Assembly: GCA_905178155.1 (NCBI GenBank)
Contig: CAJINV010000002.1
Span: forward strand, 9,001,412 to 9,065,411
Length of the DNA stretch: 64,000 nt
Direction: 5' to 3'
Source of the DNA: Amoebophrya sp. A120
Taxonomy: Eukaryota; Protista; Dinoflagellata
Below are positions 51,401 through 64,000 of the stretch, piece by piece. Position 1 is the first letter of the stretch. Every line of letters begins with the position of its first letter. The notes beneath the pieces are model-generated. The model was not told the origin of the DNA and did no database searches. It saw nothing but the letters and a program-made list of their open reading frames with translations. The position numbers and the translations under genes are program-made.

Positions 51401-54400
51401 CATCGAGGACTTGACCGAGAACAACGACGGGACGATCGCGTCCGTGCGGTTCACGGTCCCGGTCACGACGTTGCCGTACGAGGCCGACCCGCTGGTCCTG
51501 AAGGGCACGGACCGGCAGTTCCAGAACGTCGTGCCCGGCGCCCGGCACTACTACCACGTCCGAGGCGTGAACGCCGCGGGGGTGGGAATGGCGTCGGGGA
51601 AATCCGATTCCTTCTACAACGCGGCGCCACCCTCGACCCCGCTCCCGCCCGTCGCGACCCATGTCACCCGGACGAGCGTGAATCTGAAGTGGGAGCCGCC
51701 GTACAGCGGGGGGTTGCCGGTGGTCTACTATGTGCTCTACATGGCGGAACAGACGGTGATCGAGCACGTCAACCCGGGCCCGGGCGCGCCGAATTCCGAT
51801 ACTTATCACAATTTCCACTTTGAAAGCCCCTACTTCTACTACCACGCCGACGGGGCGCGGTTCACGCAGGTCTACCACGGTACCGACCCGGAGTACAGCC
51901 GGTCCAATTTGCGGCAGAACGCGCAGTACCGGTTCCAGGTCCGCGCGGCGAATGCGGTCGGGGTGAGCAACGTGTCGGACATTGTGAACATCACCCTCTG
52001 TTCGAAACCCACGCCCCCACGGAACGTCCGGATCGTCTATAGGACGAACACCTTGATCAAAGTCTGGTGGGACGAGCCGCTGTCCACGGACGGGTGTCCG
52101 ATCGTCACCTACCGGGTGAAAATCGACGACGTGCTGCAGCCGGAGTCGATGGCCCGGACGTTTTGGATCGACCCGGCGGTGTTGAACCAGGGCTACTTCT
52201 TCCAGGCCAATGTGCGGACGGAGGGCGGGCCGAGTTTGTGGACGGACCCGCTGCTGATCATTGCGGGCGAGGCGCCGGGGCAACTGCCGAAAAAGCCGGT
52301 GATCGTTTCCTCGGATAAAGACCACGTGAGCTTGCGCTGGGAAGCGATTTCTTCGATTTCGTTATCCGGGTTGCCGCTTCTGTTTTATCGGATTTACGCG
52401 CGGGAGAACAACACCAACACGTATCTTTACAACGACACGAGCAACCCAACGGATTTGCAGTTCACGCTGTTCGCGAACTACAGCCAGGGAATCGCCGGCA
52501 GCGGTGTGAACGGGACTGACATCCCCGGGACGCTGAAGACCGGCACGGAGTACTGTATCGCGGTGGCGGCGATGAACAACATTTCGGCCATGAACCCTCT
52601 GAACGACCAGCTGCCGAACTTTTCCCCCGAGCAGTGCGTGTGGACGGCGGTGGTTCCGGATCCGCCGATTGCCATGGTGTTCAACCGGTTAACCTTGCAG
52701 CGGATCATCGTGACCTGGCCCGACCCGGCGGACAACGGCGGCGCGCCGATCGACTACTACGAGATTTCCATGAAGGGGCCAACCGACTCGGCTTTCTCCG
52801 TGGTCGCGCTGAACGACTACGAGGATAAATCTTACTGGTTGCAAAACTGCGTGGTGGGCGCCATCTACAGCTTCATCATCCGCAGCCACTCCCCGGTCGG
52901 GTACGGCGCCTCTTCCAACCAGTTCGACGTGCAGTGCGCCACTCTAACCGCGAAGCCGGACGCCCCGAAGCGGGTGTCCAGCAGCACGGAGTCGATCGGA
53001 ATCAAGTGGGCCGCGCCGAACAACAACGGGGGGACGATCAACAGCTACCGGCTCTTCAAGGCCTTGAGCAAGAACGGCGTGAACACCACGGCCTTTGAGC
53101 TGATGCAAGACCGCAACGAGTTGTCGGCGATCATCACGCCGGTGATCCCCGGACAAGAGTACCAGTTCAAGGTTTCGGTGTACAATTCGGTGGGTTACAG
53201 CGAGGAGTCCGAGGTGCTCACCATCACCGCCGCCGGGATTCCAACGAAAGTCCGGAACGTCACTTTTGACAACATGGGGTACGAGTCCAGCACGAACTTC
53301 AAGTGGCTGGCGCCCGCGTCGGACGGGGGATCGCCGATTTTCCGGTACGAAGTGTACTACGGACTGGTCGGGATCCGGGAGCCGGTGAATAGACTGCTTT
53401 GGACGGGCACGACGACCGAGACGGGGTTGCTGCCGTTTTCCTCCGGGGTGTGTTACCAGTTCCAGATTTTCTCCGTCAATGCCGTGTCCCAGGCCTTCAA
53501 CGTGCGGCCCGAGGCCAGCGACACGCTGCAGTGGTGCAGCGCGATCAAGCCGTCGCAAATCACGTTCACCCTGATCAAGTCCGATGTGGGAGAATTGACG
53601 TTCCGCTGGAACCCCCCTGTCAGCTCCGGCGGCGGCTACATCTTCGCCTACAACATCTACCTCTACGCGCAGGAGGGCGGGAAAGTGTCCGACTTGGACG
53701 CGCTGCGTGTAGCCACGCTGGCGTATGAGGCAAAGGTGACCGGGTTGGCGACGAATTTTCCGTACTTCGCGGAGATCCGCGCGCAGACGACCGCGGGGGA
53801 GTCGCCGGCAAACCCGCTGGCGGTGGTGGTCTGCGACCCGCCGGCGACCATTGCGAGTTTCAAAGTGGTAAGCAGAAACGCCACCAACACGCTGTTCCAG
53901 TGGACCATGCCCACGCAGTTCACCTACTGTCCGATTCTGGGCTACAGTTTGTTCACGGGTTTGTCGACGACCTCGTTCACGAAAATCGGGCAGATCGAGG
54001 GGAAGGAGACGACCAACTTCACGTACGGGCACGCGGTCCCCGGCGTCGGGCGGTACTACAAGGTGGTTGCGGACAATTTTCAAACTAGAAATTTTTTCCA
54101 AACCGGAACCACCAGCTCGGAGATCCTCTTCGCCTACACGGCGGGCGCCCCCGCGCCACCGATGAACTTGCAGCTGACCTCCAAGGACTTGACGACCGCC
54201 AGTCTGGCCTGGACGGCGCCACTCGACACCGGCGGCAGCCCGATCACGGGGTACTACATCCAGAGGAACGACGGCACGGAGAACGGGACGGTGTACGTCT
54301 CCGCTTTGTCCGCGAACGAAACTTTGCCCACGACCCTGACCCACACGGTAACTTCTTTATTGACCGGCTTCACATACAAGCTGCGAGTCGCGGCCGCCTC

Positions 54401-57400
54401 GGCCGTGACGACCACCAACCAGCGGGAGGACGCGTACCCGCGGTTCTCCGACCCCATCTCCGTCGTGATCGGGCGCGCCCCGAGCCAGATGGACGCGCCG
54501 GTGGAGATCCCGGACACCCGGACCGCGACCGGTTTAGGGGTGCGCTGGACGAAGCCGACGGACGTGGGCGGGCAGGTGCTGACCAAGTACCGGCTGTTCC
54601 GCGACGACGGGATCAGCGGAAATCCGACCATTCTCGTCGCGGAGACCGACGTTTTCACGCTGGAATTCACCGTGACGGGCCTAACGCCCGGCGCGCGGTT
54701 TTCCTTCGGGGTGACGGCGGAGAACGCGGCGGGAGTGTCCGTCATGTCGCCGCTGTTGACCACCTTTGCGGGCCAAGGACCGGAGATGCTGGTCGCCCCC
54801 AGCCGGGACACGTCGATCCGCACCTCGGGGGTGCAGATCAATCTGAAGTGGGTGGCGGCGGATATCCGGAAGTCGAACAAGCCGGTGCTGTACTCTAAAA
54901 CGCTGAATTAGCGGCAAAGCCGGTAATCCCTGTGAATTCCAAAAGCCCATGACTCTCGTGCATCAACGCCCGCCGCCCGTGCTTCAAAATCTTGGAGCAG
55001 AACTACTTTGCAAATTTGGCACCCGTGCCTTGCTTCGCTTTGTCCAAATGCAGCAAACCTGTTACGCTGCTCGTCGCCGCGGGCCTGGCTTACCTAACTT
55101 GCCTGCCCCAGGTGACAAGTCTGAAACGCAGCCACCTCAGCGCACAGTCTTCGTAGAGCAGGCGGCCGCGCCCAGGCGTCCGCTGGTGCGCCCCTCGGCG
55201 CCGACGTTTTGTCACAGAGTGAGGCCCCAGACACTCCGTTAACAAGACCTCGGGGTACCCAGAGGTTCTGTTTATCGCGAGCTGTTTTTGCATTTTTGGG
55301 TCTGCAGCCAAAAATCCAAAAACAGCTCGCGATAAACACGACCTCTGGGTACTCATAGGTCTGGTTAACGGAGTGGCGCAGGGTCCATTCCTGGACACAA
55401 CGTCGGCCTGGGTGACGGGGATACTGAATCTACTTAGCACGACCTTTGGCCATGCAAAGGTCATGTTAAGCGGTTTTTTTTTCCCGGCATACTCAGGGAG
55501 TCCGCGACTCAGGGGGTACTCATTTGCCTTTGCGCTCCTGTGTCCCTATTCACGGGTCAGCAGAACTTCGAGCCTGTTTGCAATATTAGCGTCCGCCCTG
55601 AATCCCGATTCAGGATTCTAGGGATCGCTTATCGCTGAGAAATCGCGTTAAATGTTGGGCGGGAGATAGTGGAAAGTTGGATTCTCACAGAGTGGCCGGG
55701 TTTGCCGCTTATTCCCGTACTCAGAGTACTACAAGCTGCTCCGCGACGACGGGAACTTCGGCGACTTCGTCGAGGTGGGCACGACGACCTTCTTGAACGA
55801 AACCATTGGCTCGCTCCGCAACTCGCTCTACTACCGGTTCGTCGTTCAGGCCTACAACGAGGTCGGGTGGGGCCCTTTTTCGCCCGTGTTCCGGTCGCAG
55901 GTCTGCGGGCAGCCGCAGCACCCGGATTCCTTCTACTTCGCGGAGTACTACGACAACGGTGTTTTGCTGCGGTTCACCAAACCGACCGACGGGGGCTGCG
56001 ACACGCCGACGCTGACGAAGTACGAGATCTACCAGAACCACCTGACCTCGGGGAACAACGTGTACGAAAAGATTTACGAGGGCGAGCCGACGGACCTGTT
56101 TGCGAACGCCACGAACTTGAACGCGAATGAGCAGTACCAATTTCAAATCCGCGTGTCGAATTTTGACCAGTCCAGCGACGTCTGGCCGGACAATCTAGTC
56201 CTGCTCGTCGGGGCGGTGCCGCGGAAACCGAACAACCTCTTCTTTCTCTCCGCCCCCACCGCGACCTCCTTGCAAATCGGCTGGGTGGCGCCCGTGTCGA
56301 AGATCCCGATTTTGCAGTACAGGATCTACTTCGACAACGCGGTGGACGGAGCGATTGACACGGTCGTGGAAACCGTCGATGGGTCCGTCTTGAACATCAC
56401 CAAAGCGGGGTTAACGGCAGGCGCGAAGTACCGGTTCCAAATCCAGGCGAGGAACCAGAACGGCTGGGGAGAACGGTCCGGCGTTACGGAGTTCTACGCG
56501 TCGCTGTCCCCGCGCGCCCCGAACTCGGTCAGCTACTACAACAGCACGATCGGACAAGTGTACGTGCAGTGGGAGCAGCCGGTTTTGTACAGCACAAACG
56601 ACGCGCCGTTTTCCAGCTACAACATCTTTTGGGGCAATTTGGACACGGACGGAACAACGGTTTTGCTGGCGGAACAGTCGTACTCCACCAACGCGGCGAC
56701 GAGGTACACGACGCCACCGATTTCGCAAATGTCGTCCCTTTTGAACAGCAACTTCACTTCGGGAACGTTGTTGCACTTCCGGGTCCAAGCGTGCACAATC
56801 AACACGTGCGGGCCCTTCACCGACACGCTGACTCTGGTGGCCGCCGGTCTGCCGAAGCAGCCGGATGCGCCTTCCGTGGTGAGTTTTGCCGGGAAAACGG
56901 TGAGCGAGATCGGCGTGCCGCTGTCCTGGGCGCCGTACAGCACGCTGAGCGAGTCGGGTGCGGAAGCGTACTTGTTCGCGATCTACTCCAGTACGAACGT
57001 GTTGAACCAGGACGACGAGAGCAGTTACACGCTGCACGGATACACGGAATCAAACTCTGCGAACTACAACTTCACCTGTGTCCAGGACGAGCACTACTTC
57101 GTCAAGGTAGCCGCAATCAACGGCGCGGGCGGGAACTACTCGGCGGAAACCAGTTCGGCGTTGTACAAGCAGAATCTCGGCCCGTTCTCCCACCCGCTAC
57201 TGATCGTCTGCACGGACCGGCCGGAGACGCCCGCCGCACCGTCCATGTTGACAACGCAAACCAGCATCTCCGTCGTGTTGTTCGAGCCGAACGTGACACA
57301 GTTGAAAAACGCAACACATGTTGGTTGGGAATTGGAAATTGAGGATCTCGACGATGGTTTAACGAAAAAGTGCGTATTCACCTACTCGGACGTGGTGCAC

Positions 57401-60400
57401 GAGAAGTTCACACTGCCCACGACGAACACAACCACCACGACGATCACCTTGTTTCAGCACAGTTTGGAGAATCTGTACGCGCCAAATTTGAGTCCGATCT
57501 ACGTTTTAGACAGTTCCTTCGTCGTGTCGAACCAAAACCCAACAGTTTTGCAAGGCTTGTCCGCAACGCAGACCGGGGGACAAACCTCCGAAGAGAGCAC
57601 GACCGCAGCGAGTTACACGTTCCAGACCGATGTCGCTGCGTCCGCGGGGAGCTACGAAAGCTACAGTGCGTACGGCTACTTGCGCCGGCTCGCGACCTAC
57701 GCCGAGTTCCCGGGCACCAATCCGGAAACGGTGTTTGACGTGTGGAAGAGGGAGAACGAGAAGGAGAAGAGACGAATGCAGTCGAAGTTCCTGCGAAAGC
57801 GGAAGCTGTTGAGCAAGTTGGAGGTAAGAGAATTGATGGCACCGTACGAGGATGATGTTCTGGCGGAAAGCGAAATTTCCGGCCCGACAGAGGTGGTCTT
57901 CACGTGGTCCACAGCAGCAGCCGGATCAAGGAGGCAGCTAGTGGCCGCAGGTGATTCAACAGCATCGAATGATGTAGTAGACCTTTACGACGAGGACTCC
58001 GTCCAGCAGCTATCCTACACCCGTCGCTTTCTCCAGTCCGTCTACATTCACACGAGCGAGTTCGTGGTGGTCTCCGGCCACCGTTACACGGCGAAGATCC
58101 GGCTGTGCAGCAACATGGGCTGCAGCGACCAATCCGCCGCGTCCGAGCCGACGTACGCTGCGGACTCGCCGAGCGCGACGGATTCTCTGGCGATCCTGAG
58201 CACGACAAACGAGCAGATCGCGATCCAGTGGGACTTCAACAACGGAACCACGAACGGCGCGCCGCTAACCGGGTTTTGCATCTACATTTCCCAAATCCCG
58301 CTGTACGACCCGGAACTGGACGCAAACGGCACGGCGCTGTTCCCCGACCCCAACGCGCCGTGCTTGACCTGCGGCAATTCGGAAAAGATCGTTTTGAACG
58401 ACCCATTATTTCGAAACTACACGTTTAACTGCGCCCCCAACATTGCCTCCCCGACGTTCAACGGATCGCAGAATGTGTTCTTCTTCCAGGTGGCCGCGAG
58501 CAACCAGAACGGGATCGGCCCCAGAGGGGAGGTTTTGCCGGTGCGGTGTTCGTCCGCGCCGGACCAGCCGGCGGCGCCGTTTTACATGCAGAGTGTGTCA
58601 AATTCGAGTCAAGTGATCGGATTCACATTGCCGAACTTGTACAACGCGCGTCACGTGTCGAGTCAGATGTACCGGCGGCAAACCACGGGCTCCGGCGCGA
58701 CGGCAACTTACAGCCTGACCAGCAGCACGACGGATTTGCTCGCGCGGACTTTCACTAGTTCGGGTTTGGTTTCCGGCGAGCAGTACGAGTACTACGTGAC
58801 GATTGCGTCCGGCACGGGGACCAGTGTTCCCTCGGCCACAACCACCATTGCGGCGGGAGAGCTGCCCGGAAACGGCACGATCACCTTCGTCAACGCGACA
58901 AACAGCTCCATCACGGTGCAAATCACCGTCCCGACGGACTACGCGACCGGGACGGGCGGGGCGAAGTTGAGTGGTTATCGGGTGTTTGAGTCCGCGGATG
59001 GCGTGTTCTACGATTACACCTCTCCGAACAGCACGGTGACACTCACGGGGACGGAAACCAGTCAGCAACTGGCGAATTTGTTCTACGTCCGAGAAGATTG
59101 TGTTACCGGGAGTCTCTACTGGTTTTCGATACAGATTGTCAATCAGGTCGGCGAGGGGCTGGTCAACGAAGGGGTCAAGTTCCGCTGCTCCGCACCCCCC
59201 GCGACGCCAGCCGCGCCAACGTTGGTGACGGCCGCGAAGGACAGTTTGGCGGTCCGGGTGGAGCGCATCGACCCGGATTTTCTCAACCTCGCGAAGTTTT
59301 CCAAGTACATCTTCAGCATTGACGACGGAGCCGGCGGGGCTTTTGAGAGCTTCGAAGTGCCGGACGACGAAACGGCGAGAACGTTCACCTTCACGAACTT
59401 GACGACCGGGTTGCTCTACAAAACGACCGTGCAGGTGTTTTCGGATGCGCCGGGCGCGTCCGAAGTGTCCGCCGCGTCGACCTTTTACGCGGCGACGCAA
59501 CCCTCGGCGCCCCTGTCGGTGTCGCAAACGAGTTCGACTTCCACTTCCATGGTGGTGTCCTGGAACGCGCCCGCGGACAATGGCGGATTGCCGATCCAGG
59601 CGTACAACGTGTACACCGCGTTCCAAGTGTACAACTACGCCGACAACACGACCAGCTACTACCCGTACCAGGGCGTGAGTCCCGCGATTTACGGGACCAC
59701 GCCCACCGCAACGGTGGCGGCGACGACCTTCACGCTGGCCGACTGCGGCATCAGCAGCTACGGCGGGTACGTGTGGTTCAAGGTTGCGGCGTACTCGGTG
59801 AACGGGGAGGGGGAATTCTCCGAGGGGCGGCGGTTTTTCTGCGCCCCGAAACCGGAGGCGCCGAGCCCGGTGACCTGGGAATCGTCGACGGCGACGTCGA
59901 TCACGGTGAATTACAAGATGGACGCCGAGACCTACAACGTCACCGCGACCGGGTTCGCGTTGTACTACAACGACGGACTAGGCGGAACCTCGTACACGCG
60001 CGTCGCGATCGAGTTCGACACGAACCCGAACCAGTTCACGATCACCGGGTTGACCGCGGGGCGGCGGTACAAGGTGAAACTCGCAGTGGTCTCCTTCGTG
60101 GGGGAAGGAACGCAGTCGGCCGAAACGGAAATCTACGCGGGACAAGCCCCGAGCGCGTTGACGGCGCCGACGCGGGTCTCTTCCAGCTTCCAACATGTCG
60201 AGTTCCAGTGGAGCAGTCCGGGGTCGACCGTGAACGGGCTCACGACCACCGCGGTGCGCGTGTTCGCGAGCTCGGACCCCGGGCACTTCAACGCGTCCTC
60301 CGTGGTCGACTTGCCGCACGGCACCACGAGCTACCAGTTGAACTGCGAGGACGTCCCCGGCCCGCTCTGGGACTACAACGCCACGGATTTTTTTCAATTT

Positions 60401-62413
60401 TCCAACGAACCAAACGCGTCCGACTACTTCCCGTACGGCAGCGACTACAACGCGAGCCTGGCCACCGCGATCAACCAATCCGACGTCGAGCAGCCACTGA
60501 CCAGTACCTACCTCTACACGGTCGAGTCCTCCGAGGGGCAGACGAAAACCTTCGTCAGCAAGAACTTGACCGGAACTTTGGTTTTCATCAAGCTCCAGGT
60601 CGTGACGCTGAACGTGTTCTACGGCGAGTTCTCCGACCCGGTGTCCTTCTACTGCGCGCCGCCGCCGCTGAAACCGATAGCCTACGAGGAAGTGGCGTCC
60701 ACCACCAGTGCGCAAGTCGCGCTCGGCTGGAGCGTGCAGAACACCTACGGGGCGCGGATCCTGCAGCACAAAGTGTACAACGGCGCCACCAACGCCCTGA
60801 TCACGACGATCACCGCCACCACCGGGCTCGCGCCGGAGTTCGTACTGTCCACGGGCATCGTGGCGGCCCAGACCTACCAGTTCCAGGTGGCGACGGTCAC
60901 CGAGGTGGCGGAGGGGGACAAGTCGGACGTGCTGTCCATCATTGCGTGCAGCAGTCCGACGGTGAACACGACGTTGCCGGCGATTGTGTCCGGGAACAAG
61001 GTTTTCAACAGCACCACAGACACCTACACGGCCGGCGTGGACGCGTACAACATCACCTTCAACTGGCCGGCCGTGTACGATACCGGGGGTTGCCCGGTCA
61101 CCGACTACAAGTTGTATTTGGAGCAGGAGACGGCGACGAGCGAGACGGTGCCCTACAACGACACGGACTTCTTCAACATCACGAACACCACCTTCAACGA
61201 CACCACGAACGAGACGGAGACGACGATCACGGAACTGTCCACGACGAACCAGCTGACCACGGTGTTCGCGGGCGAGACGGAGGTGTACATCGACGTGACC
61301 GACGAGGGCACTCTGTCCGTTTCGGACCGGCAGTTCCAGTTTGCGTCGACCCGGATCGAGGCGTCCAAGACCTACACGTTCAGGATAGGGACGATCACGA
61401 CCAAGACCACGCCCAACGTGACCATCGGCCCCACGTCCGACGTGAAGGCCGCGGGGCTGCCGAACCAGATCGCCATCGCGCCGGTCCGGGACGCGGCGCA
61501 AAGTTCCAGCACGTCCGTGTTCCTGACGTGGACCGCGCCGGACAACCAGGGAGGCTATCTGTTCGGGTTCACGATGTACCGCGACGGGGCGGTCGATACC
61601 AGCTGCGGCATGGACAACGACCCGACGCCCCCGCTGGAGTGCCTGATCAGCGGGCTGTCGACCGGGGCGTCGCACAGCTTTTCCGTGCAGACGCGGAACG
61701 AGATGGGCAGCTCGCCGATCTCGCCCGCGGCAAGTTTGGTGGTCGGCACCAACCCGGTGGCGCACAACGTGACCACAAGCGATTCGCACTACAACCCGCC
61801 GAAGTTCACGGTGACCTGGAACGGGATCGAGAACGGCGCCACGATCTACAACTTCATCATGGTCTTCAAGGACGTGTTGACGGGCACGGAGGAAACGAAG
61901 GACCTGGGCGGCACGGCGCTGGTGCCCTTCAACCCGACGACCACCGGCGGGGACCAGTGGACCAAAAGCTTCGAGGCCGCCGACTTCAGCACGATCACGT
62001 TCGCGGCGCAGCGGGAGTACCAGATCAAGGTCAAGGCCATCAACGCGTTCGGGCAGAGCGCCTTCACGGCGTACTCCGCCTCCGTGTGGACGCTAACCGA
62101 GCCGAGCACGCCCGCGAACTTCCAGAACGTGACGGACAGCAGCAACACGACGAACAAGTTGCAGTTCACGGCGGCGTCGAACACGCAGGAACGGGGCGGG
62201 GACGGCAGCAACAACGTGCAGTACATTTTCGAGGGCGACACCACGGACGGAACCTCCGGCACGGTGCTGCACACCATGCAGTGCGCGGGCGGGAACTGCC
62301 AATTTCAGCACGAAAACCTGCAGACCTACGCCTTCTGGTACTACCGCATGCGGTCAAAGAACCAGGGCTACTACTCCGCCTACACCGCGATTCTGACCGT
62401 GCAGGTTACGTAG
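33459..62413 (+). CDS. Giant secreted multidomain protein, ~9285 aa (dozens of FN3 domains, 3 PA14, filamin/Ig-like repeats, an 11-copy internal repeat); exons 33459-34193, 34316-34773, 34913-54890, 55727-62413
   Basis: Signal-like MYFLRKNFFFFILTATFFFALLPTLVQHLLVLA (alternative start at 32865). Recurrent FN3 signature W..P.D.GG.P...Y and Y.F.V.A.N..G.G..S. PA14 motifs (FVAAKWSGYL...ADDGVKLYVN; FSIRWSGMI; VDDVCKIWLDG). Filamin-like F.IQARD..G and GSPF. Two GT-AG introns and one TIR intron; total 27858 nt in frame. Confidence 0.9.
54891..55726 (+). mobile_element. 836-nt TIR intron (TA-flanked, MITE-like) joining the two giant ORFs
   Basis: About 50-bp TIRs: tactctaaaacgctgaattagcggcaaagccggtaatccctgtgaattccaa and (rc) tactctgagtacgggaataagcggcaaacccggccactctgtgagaatccaa. 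GTACT occurs at both junctions. Removal gives KPVL|YYKLLRDDG, completing an FN3 strand. Confidence 0.88.
55232..55375. repeat. Near-perfect 144-bp inverted repeat (hairpin) nested in the TIR intron
   Basis: Arms cactccgttaac-a/c-agacct...gtacccagaggt..tgtttatcgcgagctgtttttg-c/g-atttttgg of about 67 bp around a short loop. Confidence 0.93.
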
Positions 62414-63170
62414 TGATGGGAAAAAGTGGTGCGCCGACGTCGGGAAGGTGCGGTAAAGGAGGCGAAGGAGGAATACGCATACGCCGGCGCATCACAATAA
62501 GCAACGGGCGGGAGAACTACAAAGGGACTAGCACCAAGTCAAATTTGTCGTGATACTACAAAAAGAAGCAGTGACCTTGTCGATCGACGACGGGTTGCAA
62601 GCGGTCTTGTATGCTCGTACAATACTTTGAAAGTGATAATTTAGTAGCGTTTTTTTGGAATTCGGATGCGAAAATATCAAATTGCCTTAAACTATCAATC
62701 AACTATACAAGAAAAATGATACAGCGCGCTGACGCTGTCGCGCAAGTTCTACCTTCTATTTTCAAGCGATACTCTTACTCCAAAAATCAGAAAGATTAGT
62801 ATGTGGTCGGAAAAATCGTCCTCCTCCTCCTCAGAAAGATTAGTATGGTCGTTCGGAAAAGCAAGACGCCACATAAACGCAATTTTTGTGCTGTTGACAT
62901 CTTGCACTATGCGTGTCCGAAAGTGCGTCAATCGATCCTGATGAATACTTAAAAAGATTTTGCAACGCATTTTGTTTCCTTATTCGTTTCAGATGTTTAC
63001 CAGTTTGCTATCGCTTGCACGCCTTGCGCTAAGTCGCCTAGCGGAAGTACTCAGATTTTGTAGGAATTTGCTTTCACAGTTCCGGGTCGTGAGATGGAGG
63101 CCGGGGCTATCATTTCAGGTATTTATTGGACAGCGTGGAGTGTTACACTTTTGCTTGAAAAAGTAATCGT

Positions 63171-63990
63171 TTACGTTTCAAAAGTCAAAGACGCAGTATA
63201 GACACCAAGCTTCTTGAAAACGGAAGCCAGTCCGGCAAGAGCCTGTGGCAAAGCCGGCTCGTGTTCTGTCCGTCGATTGTTGAATGAGAGCAGGCATCTT
63301 GTCGGGCACCAGGCATTTTTGTCGTACATGGCTTTGCGATGCCTATCTTCGAGAGCTTCGGAGAGCCGGTTTCCCAGGGAGTGTTTTGCCCTTAGGTTGT
63401 TCGCATTTGGGCCCATTTCGTATGAGAGCAGCTCCCGCTCGTTAGAGATAGAGTCGCATTGCGTCGTGCTCTGTACTCGTCTTTGACCCGTCTCTCATCT
63501 ACTCGCAATAAATGCACATAACCCGCGATGTTGTTGTCTTGTTCTTGAGGTAATGAAGGACGTTGAAGACCTCGTCGCTGCCTGCTTCGGAGTAGATTGG
63601 TGGAAAATTAGATTGTAGAAACAAAATCAGAAATGAATTCGTTGGTCGATGATGGCGTGACGTGAAGATAGCGGATTTCATCATGCGCGAAGTAGGTCGC
63701 CACCGGCGCCGGGGGATTGGTCCGACCGCACTGCTCCTGCTTCTCCGGAATGATGGAGGGGGACACTATCAATTTGTCTCCGGGAGCGCGACAAATCAGG
63801 TAGACATAGGTTCGTCGGGCCTGCTCGCGGGCGGCCAGGAGCAAGAAGCGGAAGAATGGACAAAAAAGCAAGGTATGGATAGTTCTTTCAAACGGTTTTG
63901 CTGCCAAACAAAATATGAAGAACCCAATTCCTCGTTTTCGGCATGGACGCCAGAATCTTCTTCGAGACATGGACTTTATTTCAAACAATT
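63171..63990 (-). CDS. Probable 3' part of a multi-exon hypothetical gene entering from the right edge
   Basis: Adjacent minus-strand ORFs. A 42-nt GT-AG intron (63522-63481) links RQQHRG to RVQSTTQCD...MGPNANNL...TFET*. The upstream junction near 63610-63665 is unresolved. Confidence 0.4.
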
Positions 63991-64000
63991 CAGTATCAAT

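Noticed and set aside
59773-62553. 926-aa alternative-frame ORF and many long antisense ORFs over the giant gene (for example 59978-61789, 50913-52325, 38112-39491)
   Set aside because: Arg/Gly/His-rich shadows caused by strong GC3 codon bias in the real frame; no recognisable motifs.
1-64000. rRNA, tRNA, transposase or reverse-transcriptase genes
   Set aside because: No recognisable signatures by eye; the autonomous partner of the TIR elements does not appear to be in this window.

Overview
Eukaryotic, intron-containing DNA, most consistent with an alveolate. The mix of GT-AG introns and non-canonical introns bounded by inverted repeats is the pattern described for the parasitic dinoflagellate Amoebophrya (inference; taxonomy not checked). 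Genes: 5' part of eIF4A; a gamma-glutamyl hydrolase; a multi-exon low-complexity membrane/secreted protein with duplicated Cys-rich exons; an inward-rectifier K+ channel; several hypothetical proteins; an ankyrin-repeat protein; a giant (~9,300 aa) secreted FN3/PA14/filamin protein; and a partial gene at the right edge. Main signal: six 170-295 bp insertions in three genes start with TAT, end with ATA (one ends ATT), have imperfect terminal inverted repeats (TIRs) and 5-bp flanking direct repeats (DRs). Their precise removal is not GT-AG splicing and restores the reading frame; one splits the K+ selectivity filter (TI|GYG). All 8 mismatches between paired DR copies are transitions. A second TIR-intron type (TA-flanked, 836 nt, with a nested 144-bp hairpin) joins the 6633-aa and 2212-aa ORFs into one gene. 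All gene models were read by eye, without RNA data.
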